A stretch of 64,000 nucleotides of DNA, taken from Sporopachydermia quercuum. Lineage: Eukaryota. Shown here in pieces: positions 57,601 to 64,000 of this stretch; position 1 is the stretch's first letter, and every line of letters starts with the position of its first letter. Location: positions 1,229,791-1,293,790 of the forward strand of contig BCGN01000007.1 in the NCBI GenBank assembly GCA_001599295.1, written 5' to 3'. The translations under genes and the position numbers were made by a program. The notes below the pieces were generated by a model. The model saw only the letters and a program-made list of their open reading frames with translations, searched no databases and was not told the origin of the DNA.

Positions 57601-59899
57601 TGGATCGGGCGGGGCCAGAAACTCTATTTTCCGTGCGTCCTATTTAGACGATCCACATGAAATCATGACGCGGAAATTACTGGCCAATCTGGAGGAAAGT
57701 ACTCCGAATTCCATTCACAAAAGGTACCGCCATTCAATAGCGGCCGCTTCCGGTTCCGTTTCGGCCTCAGTTTCCGGGTCCGGCACCGGCTTGAATGTCC
57801 CGCATCTGAACCCTCATTTGTCCCATTTACCCCATAATTTAAGTCTCGGCAAGAAAACCCGGTCCAAATCCATCGTGAGTAGCGGAGTATTTGGTGATTT
57901 GAACACGGTTCATCGGCATCGGCATCGGCATAGCTCCGTGGGGGATCCCGTCGTCGCGGTTAGCGGGGTCAGCGGGACAAGTGGGGTCTCCAGCACCTCT
58001 ACCGCTGGTAACGCATACCAATGGGGAAATAACCCTGCGACCTCTATTGCCTCTTCCAGCACTATCAACCCAACTCTATTATCCAATAACTACCCCACTC
58101 CAACTATTCCCCTCCCGCAACTACACCTCGCTGCTCCTTCTCCTTCCGGCTCCCCTTCTCCCTTGCCCTCCGGTTTCCCCCCCTCAATGGAACCTTTTCT
58201 AATTCCACGGGCTTTATACTTGCCGTTCCCCACCGAAACCATCCTGGCTTTACTAGAGTTTCTATACTGTTCAACCTTAAACCCCGCATGCTCCCTTGGA
58301 ATGGTTTTAGAGTTGTATCTTATGGCTAAACACTATAATATAGTAAGCTTAAAGTCTCGGATCATTGTTATTTTGGAAGGATTGCTGTCGGCATGTGAAG
58401 GGTTTGTTACCCAAGTAAGCGAAGTGAGTGGAATGAGCGGAACAGCTGACAACCCCCTTAATCTAAACGGATTCCGGAGCGAATTGGACAAATCCAGTAA
58501 CTCGAAAGCAGGGGAACTTAATGGTGAAGCAGGTCCCACTTTGGGCCCCATCCTGACCGGAAAACCCCGCTCCGAGAGAGAGAGCGACCCACATTTACTT
58601 TCCCTGACTCTGTTGTCACAAATGACAAACTCAAATGACCAACANCGACGGGGTTCGGTACTTCTTCAGGCGAGAAATGGCGGAGCCGGTGGGGTTGGCG
58701 GAGTCCCTAAAGCTCGGCACAGTAGCACAAACTCTATTACAAACATATACGGCTTCGATCATATGCAAATGCTCAGAAAGGCAAGCCGAGCAAGTATTTC
58801 ATCTAGTTATAGCGGGGCAACATCGGATGACTCTACCGGGACTGGGCGAGGCAGCGGAAGCGGAATCGGGAACGGGACAAATGCCAGTACCTCACATTCC
58901 TTCTCCACATTTTCTCGGTCCCAAGTGCCGAGCTTAGGTTTAACCTCGGAATCTCAAACAGTGGGGATCAGCTTGAAAAAACTTTCGGATCGGATAGCAA
59001 GGATGAGTTTCGGAAAACAGGATGCGGGGAACGCGGCGTCTTCTGGTATTAGTAGCGAAGAATACGAAGAAATGATGGCTGGAGTGGAGATGATTCATGA
59101 TATTTTAGTGTTGGCGGGGGATTTTGAGTTGATGGTGCGGACGTTGCGTGTCATAGATTTGGAACGGGCAAGAGGGGTAAGCGGAAATAGCGGGACAAGT
59201 GGCACTAAGAATTCAAATGGGAAGAAATTTTCTGTTTCTGGTAATGGTGCAGGGATTGTGATGAATGACACAGGTAAAGTACAACCACAACCACAAATGC
59301 GAACCGATGTGAGCGGGGCAAAATTTAATTTCAACCTCAATTCTAATAAGCAGGTTGCCCCGCTAAATTCCCCACCAACTGCGCCAATGAATTCCACATC
59401 AAGCAACTCCGACGACTTCCCAAATAGGAAAAACAATTCCCTAACTGGGAACTCGACCTCCTCCTCAAACCCAACCCCAATCTCCCGAGCCCGGAACTTT
59501 ATTGACAAAACCGTAATCGGCGGACCGATGATTGTCGGAAGAGGAATGGGTTTACATGGTGGCGGTGCCAGTTTTAGGTTCCGCAACCCGGATTTAACTT
59601 CCCGAAGGGAGAAAGACCGAAATAGTCCAATAAGCGACAGTGGAGTTGGCGGGGTAAGCGGGGTAGGCGGAGGAATGGTGGCCCAAGCGGAAGAAGAAGA
59701 AGGAGGCAGTAAAGGAATATACAGTAATAACAATGCTACAGTGTCGACATTAGGGTTAGTGACAAGTACCCAATTTGGCAGTGGGGAAGATGGGAGAAGC
59801 GGGGATATTTTCCCGTTTCCGAGTAATACCCAAAGCAGTAATAACAATACACGTACCACGAGGAGGAAGTTTCTGTTTATGAATAAAAAGAAGAAATAG
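54644..59899 (+). CDS. MDS3: Mds3/Pmd1-family kelch-repeat regulator
   Basis: Kelch motifs (IYVHGG, PKPCKRFFHS, LYLYGG, PRFGH, LLIGG); SDFELISGENKRIPASMRILRFRWGKYF and LIPRALYLPFPTETILALLEFLY BTB-like blocks; Ser/Gly-rich inserts. Confidence 0.85.
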   Translation: MSGTYSLIQPPEMPDVLTGAASCLEQSIIYVHGGVLGSLPIQQCTLTEIGKCYGGAAQSANTRTTPESGYSESEKLPGSELGSVGSTAGAEIRIESGTSGADDIPSISDELYFLNIIERNWVRVKPNRNSPKPCKRFFHSIAASKSCLYLYGGVTWVDSGGDPPNDPSDLNQDVDLGPQNPKSDGTSTSRGITRNLKVLNDFWMFDLLKNCWYEIQPQTSEGDGEESELEFRMTPRFGHKVMIVPNLPYTLLLDSSLSYHIGNLALARPLEEDYFSISDYGVASSTTDTTETSGSIESGVNSNSNSSSFTNRTFNGILLIGGRDSSDYDINELSIFNIGSGAWVTSGVKLYQELDAGYSDDPRLSPTSMHPQLSNIGEVDFTVGSSLVSYYCGGYFGDNNDGNSEKTGNDTNKNGDNRNNGTQHACLIAFCGKRRSAAHALHGQLSTTKSYMAPQLLAFPLKYNASKITGSALQKYNGTQLPRIGDIVNISGGVYGDYILIAGTVVSQNSYSIYLYHIKTGSWSLFDEDYYDAGFNEVNSGAFGAVPGTGTGTGANSGEERPAGSGILSGKMYEAVNSPFNGSGESSEENSPSEESQPVSGVVSMAVKKLKELNIAETDEIREMSPDFGNKSPEKGGEGLQQGLLQNPKIGSGPKSGQVTEKSSLLDNTVQPISSEQDKPTLQTSRSSLPPAEPLFLASAGVSTSSVEPLGTLCHKSQTFIWKSHHKIITLGTKTLPRSPSGIYFLSRPFTQTFSDMAVVDLLTNGVISLETGIFSPEAYSLGKDSLYRFGNYISDFELISGENKRIPASMRILRFRWGKYFETLLQEAYEDSVAQFLTCDEELREKRQRILLNQERRRRGAGGAMSGVSSQLGSRSGGVSSSTNSRFASTSSYSSNLNFNDQKRGVSRSGSRSRSGSGNGSGVFGFNPINRRSSSLFSSRTPSLSGASVPMGGPGFGPSFASGSGSGIGPGSVSGTTSSLGNATSGSGGARNSIFRASYLDDPHEIMTRKLLANLEESTPNSIHKRYRHSIAAASGSVSASVSGSGTGLNVPHLNPHLSHLPHNLSLGKKTRSKSIVSSGVFGDLNTVHRHRHRHSSVGDPVVAVSGVSGTSGVSSTSTAGNAYQWGNNPATSIASSSTINPTLLSNNYPTPTIPLPQLHLAAPSPSGSPSPLPSGFPPSMEPFLIPRALYLPFPTETILALLEFLYCSTLNPACSLGMVLELYLMAKHYNIVSLKSRIIVILEGLLSACEGFVTQVSEVSGMSGTADNPLNLNGFRSELDKSSNSKAGELNGEAGPTLGPILTGKPRSERESDPHLLSLTLLSQMTNSNDQXRRGSVLLQARNGGAGGVGGVPKARHSSTNSITNIYGFDHMQMLRKASRASISSSYSGATSDDSTGTGRGSGSGIGNGTNASTSHSFSTFSRSQVPSLGLTSESQTVGISLKKLSDRIARMSFGKQDAGNAASSGISSEEYEEMMAGVEMIHDILVLAGDFELMVRTLRVIDLERARGVSGNSGTSGTKNSNGKKFSVSGNGAGIVMNDTGKVQPQPQMRTDVSGAKFNFNLNSNKQVAPLNSPPTAPMNSTSSNSDDFPNRKNNSLTGNSTSSSNPTPISRARNFIDKTVIGGPMIVGRGMGLHGGGASFRFRNPDLTSRREKDRNSPISDSGVGGVSGVGGGMVAQAEEEEGGSKGIYSNNNATVSTLGLVTSTQFGSGEDGRSGDIFPFPSNTQSSNNNTRTTRRKFLFMNKKKK

Positions 59900-60235
59900 T
59901 GACGAAAAGGGAAGGAAAATGAGGGTAGGTTACTTTTTAAGGAAGAATCAGACCTTATTAGGCCACAGGACCAGAGACGCGAAACTTTTAGTAGCTATTT
60001 TTTTATTAGGAAGTTATCCCGAGCCGAAATTGTCAGAAATGGCGTGTATCTTTGCATCTATTAGTTCTAGTTACTGATTATGTGATATTTTAATGTCTCC
60101 TGAATTAACCCTCTTTCTTAGTGTTTTATGATTATGTAAATCTTTATTTCACTAAACAAAGTATAAACATGTACAAGTGTTATACAAAAGTGTTGAGAGG
60201 TGTAAACAATTAATACTGCTAAAAGGAGCTATTTA

Positions 60236-60876
60236 TATGCATAAGCATTATTTATGCGTATAGAACCAAAACCTGAATTTTTTTTTGGAGAAATCATGAA
60301 TATGTTCATATAACTCACGAAATGCATTAGATTCTATAATCCTTGATAGCAATCGGGAACAGACTCCAATAATGTTCCATTCCCAATGTTACACAGTAGT
60401 ACCAAATATTCATGGATTAGTTTTCCCTACATCATGCATAAACTTTAGCTTGCATATGCATAAAGCTAAAATGTATCCGCAATTAACTCATATGCAGGCA
60501 TTCTATTGGTTGCTTACAGGTGCATGCATGATAAGAGTCCTGATATAAAGTTGAAGTTTAATAGGTCATATGCATGCCATACGTCGGAATTTAATAAGGT
60601 TTAGGCAATATTAGGAATAAAGTTTTGAGGAGGAGAAGTGAAATATTTCCCAATGTTTAGCTCTGCCATATAACTGCCTAATATGTGCATAAGCAGTAAA
60701 TTGAAAGATAGTGAGAGAAAACAGGACGAGGGCAAGGACAAAAGAATTTTTGAATGTCATTTTAAACAAAATTTTACTTCTATTTGATAGGGGAAATGAA
60801 ACCTGATTTTGTATATTTTGAGGTAGTTATATAAGTATCAAATAGTCACATCCACCCTCAACTTATGCATATGCAT
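60236..60876. promoter_or_regulatory. Cluster of TGCAT/TATGCATA sites upstream of the APSES gene
   Basis: 11 plus-strand TGCAT in about 640 bp, including perfect TATGCATA at 60236, 60455 and 60864. Confidence 0.65.
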
Positions 60877-61232
60877 GTACATGTAACTAACTTGTGCTTA
60901 CANAGAATTTCAAGTGTTATAGTTGCCCTAATATGGAAATAAATGCAAACCTAGCTATAAACCCAATTTCCCAACTCTAACCCTCCTTTATTCCTCCTCT
61001 TATATTTGTAATTCAACTACAATTTAAATATGCCACCTCCCCCATCCTTGCAGCACTCTGCTTCATTTTCGCATATTTCTTTCTTTTCCTCTTCCTGTTC
61101 TTGTTCTTGTTGATAGTTGATTTGTTATTGGTTTTATATACCATCATTATAATTAGAAAGTGAAGAATTTGCTATTATAATTAATAGTATATTTCATAAA
61201 TCATAATAGAATCAAGAAATTGGTTATATAAA

Positions 61233-61880
61233 GTATGTTGTGTGTTGTATTATGATTATGAGTGATTACATGATATGGTCAAAGAGCGCCAGGGAGATGA
61301 GAAAGAGAACAAAGGAAAGGAAGTAAAGTTCAGGCATAATGCTGTTTACTGTGCTCTAAGCATAGCATTACATTACAGGAATGAAACACACGATGGTGAT
61401 ATTGTTGCAATTAAAAGGCCTATGAATTGTATGGTTGATTCATTATAAGGAATGTCAAATTAATGGATATGAGTGGAGAAGGTGAATATGTGCATAAGTT
61501 TCTGACGAGATGTTGCTATGTTTTGTGGTTGTTATTACGTGTTTGTGTTTGAGCTTTAAAGCTTAATATCATGCACTACCATGCTTTTATTATTAGATAA
61601 CGTGATATCATTAATATATCCTCCAGTTACAAACTGTTATCATATTGCGGTATCGTTCGTGTTATCATGAATTAAATAGTGTTGATCGTTATATGGATTC
61701 TTTGCTGTTGATACGTTTTTGTGTTTATGACTGGTGGCCATGTTCGTGTTTGACATCATTGAGGCTTTGTGCCATTGCCTAAAGTTATCTCCTACTGCCA
61801 ATCTCTCTTTAGGTCCCTATTTATCACTAACATCCTCATTACATCCTCACATTTCTCGCATANTAACCCCACATTTCTAG
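61233..61880 (+). other. Probable 5'UTR spliceosomal intron of the APSES gene
   Basis: GTATGT at 61233; TANTAAC branch site at 61861 and pyrimidine-rich ...ttctag ending one base before the ATG at 61881. The donor assignment is less certain than the acceptor. Confidence 0.6.
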
Positions 61881-63320
61881 ATGACATCGGCCACTCCAAC
61901 AAATTCAACCCCCGCTCAAGAAGCTTCTACTCCGCAACCAGTCGGTGTACAAACTCCTTCAAATAACCCCAACAACATCGCAAACGCTTCCGCTACTCCA
62001 ACCGCCTCAAACAATCCTGCCAACCCCGCCAACCCCGCGAACCCTAACTACGGCTTATCCTACCCTGGAATGATGTACCCCGCCCCAGGGCCCCACCCGA
62101 AAATCTCAATTACCCATTGGGACGACGAAAACACCGCCTGCTACCAAGTAGAAGTCAACGGAGTTACCGTTGCCCGCCGAGAAGACACAAACTTCATCAA
62201 CGGAACAAAATTACTCAATGTGGCTAAAATGACCCGAGGAAGAAGGGACGGAATTCTAAAAGCGGAGAAAGTCAGGTACGTGGTTAAAGTAGGATCTATG
62301 CATTTGAAAGGGGTTTGGATCCCTTTTGATAGGGCATATGATTTAGCAGTTAAAGAAGGAATTGCCAATGATTTACAGTTGCTATTTGCACCAGACATTA
62401 AAACCTTATTAAATGCCCAGCAGCCAATACCCGCAATGGGATGGCACCCTGCACTTGGGTTCGGATTAGCCCCTCCCCCGCCAATGGGCGCCTATGATGG
62501 ACTTGGCGGGTTATCTGATCCCAATATTAACCCTAATTTGACTAAAGAGGGTAAAAACGGAGTCGATTCTGTATTAGGAGCCGTTGGTGGCGTAATGCCA
62601 AACACACCTGCGGGGTATTATAACCCATATAGAGCCCCTCCTCCTTATTACTCTTATTATCCCTACGGTTATATGATGCCCCCACCTCCACCTCCCCAAG
62701 GCAATTCCGGTGCCCCAAATGTTAATACCGGCGCCCCAAATAACGGTCTTGGAACTCCTGGCGGAAGCGGCAACGCAGGTGGACCTGGCGGCTATCAAAT
62801 ACCACCTATGCCCTATGGATATATGCCTAGCCCATATGGGATGACTGCGCCGCCAAATATGGGTTTAGGTTTGAACCCAAACAATAGCAATCAGAGTGGT
62901 TCAAGCGTGTCTAGTAATAGTAAAAATCAAAGTAATAGTGGTAACACGAACACGAATAGTCAAGGCGGTAATGGCAGTACAAATACAAACAGTGGTAATT
63001 CAAGCACTAATAATCAAAGTGGTGGTAGTGGTACTAATGCCACGAACGCTAATAATAATTCAGCCACAAATACCCCTGCTACACCAACTTCTGTCTCAAA
63101 CGCTAACTCAACCTCTAATAGCTCTGCATCAGCAGCTTTCCCAGGACAAACTTTCCCAGTTCAATCCGGAGGTTTGTGGCCTACCGGAAGCGGAGACGGA
63201 GGGGTAAATGAGGGGGATAAGGTTGTAGATGTAAACAAACCTGAGGAGGACGGAGATGAAGTTGTTTTTACCACTGGGGATGAGACCGTTTATGGTCGAA
63301 GAAAGCGCAGTAAGAACTAA
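61881..63320 (+). CDS. APSES transcription factor (Sok2/Phd1/Efg1/StuA family)
   Basis: [73 protein letters not shown], flanked by P/Y/N-rich low-complexity regions. Confidence 0.95.
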   Translation: MTSATPTNSTPAQEASTPQPVGVQTPSNNPNNIANASATPTASNNPANPANPANPNYGLSYPGMMYPAPGPHPKISITHWDDENTACYQVEVNGVTVARREDTNFINGTKLLNVAKMTRGRRDGILKAEKVRYVVKVGSMHLKGVWIPFDRAYDLAVKEGIANDLQLLFAPDIKTLLNAQQPIPAMGWHPALGFGLAPPPPMGAYDGLGGLSDPNINPNLTKEGKNGVDSVLGAVGGVMPNTPAGYYNPYRAPPPYYSYYPYGYMMPPPPPPQGNSGAPNVNTGAPNNGLGTPGGSGNAGGPGGYQIPPMPYGYMPSPYGMTAPPNMGLGLNPNNSNQSGSSVSSNSKNQSNSGNTNTNSQGGNGSTNTNSGNSSTNNQSGGSGTNATNANNNSATNTPATPTSVSNANSTSNSSASAAFPGQTFPVQSGGLWPTGSGDGGVNEGDKVVDVNKPEEDGDEVVFTTGDETVYGRRKRSKN

Positions 63321-63716
63321 CCGTTTTGGAGGGATATGTGATGGGTTTTGTGGTAGTTGATATATTAATGTTTTTTGTTATTTGTATAATGTATTTTAGC
63401 TAAATAAAGATTGGTTAGGCAGAAAATGCCGATATTTTATCAAACAAATGAAGTAGAATGCTGAGTTCTTTCGGTTGTAGGCAAATAGTGGACATACTGG
63501 CAAAGTGGCATGAAAAGCAAATAACTCTTNATGTATTAGAAGGTGCAAAAAAAATCAAATAAGAAAGTATATACGAAATTAGGCAACCATATACCGAGGC
63601 AACCAAAATAGCTTAATGAAACAAAAACAACAAAAGCCGGTTTCATCTAGGTTAAGTCATATAATTCTTGCCTTTCTTTACTTCAACTTGCTAAGGCATA
63701 TTACCTACTAAATTAC

Positions 63717-64000
63717 CTAATTACCTCCAACACTCCAAACTTCTCTCTCATCCTCATACAAATCACTAAACATTGCCTCAGAATCTCCACCTGCTTCAAT
63801 TCTTTCTCTCTCAACTGCCGCAAGTCTAATTGCAACTCTTTGTGTATATTCTTTAATACTTCTGACTTGAATTACCTTACCACAATTACTTGTGACAGTA
63901 GTAACTTTGCCTGAGTCACTAATTTCGTTTAGCCAGGTATTAAATGTAGACATACTTTCCTCGTCAACTAGATTAAACAAAGCAAGGTAAGCCTTTTCTG
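63717..64000 (-). CDS. C-terminal end of an unidentified protein entering from beyond the window
   Basis: Frame is open to the window edge (EKAYLALFNLVDEES...) and ends LAAVERERIEAGGDSEAMFSDLYEDEREVWSVGGN*; protein-like composition, family not recognised. Confidence 0.7.
   Translation of the reverse strand, partial: EKAYLALFNLVDEESMSTFNTWLNEISDSGKVTTVTSNCGKVIQVRSIKEYTQRVAIRLAAVERERIEAGGDSEAMFSDLYEDEREVWSVGGN

Noticed and set aside
3395..63530. Scattered single N bases
   Set aside because: Assembly ambiguities, possibly heterozygous sites; none disrupts a reading frame.

Overview
Eukaryotic nuclear DNA from an intron-rich, AT-rich budding yeast, probably an early-branching Saccharomycotina lineage. 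This is inferred from a bifunctional TRP3 with no TrpF domain, a retained CTNNBL1, and GTATGT/GTAAGT...TACTAAC introns. CTG reads as Leu at conserved sites, so the code is standard. I find 20 protein-coding genes (the last partial) and one tRNA-Ala(CGC). In order: WSC sensor, tRNA-Ala, SYF2, CTNNBL1, LDAH/YPR147C-like, TANGO2/YGR127W-like, YGR126W-like, SAC1, TRP3, MPS1, ARP2, NUP159, CENP-K/MCM22-like, TIM8 (4 exons, missed by the ORF track), ATG1, YIP4, STB4-like Zn2Cys6 factor, EIS1-like, MDS3, an APSES factor, and a partial unknown gene. I saw no mobile elements or rRNA. Main observations: 7 of 18 frame-supported introns end in AAG and appear to follow a minimum-distance rule from the branch point. 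A dense TGCAT array and a probable 5'UTR intron lie upstream of the APSES gene. A small soluble protein carries the N-terminal motif of Tpo2/Tpo3 transporters. Two spliceosome (NTC-related) genes are head-to-head. A TGTCA array sits in the EIS1/MDS3 promoter, and several gene pairs keep S. cerevisiae adjacency. Orthology and synteny statements are from recall of family motifs and S. cerevisiae gene order, not from searches.
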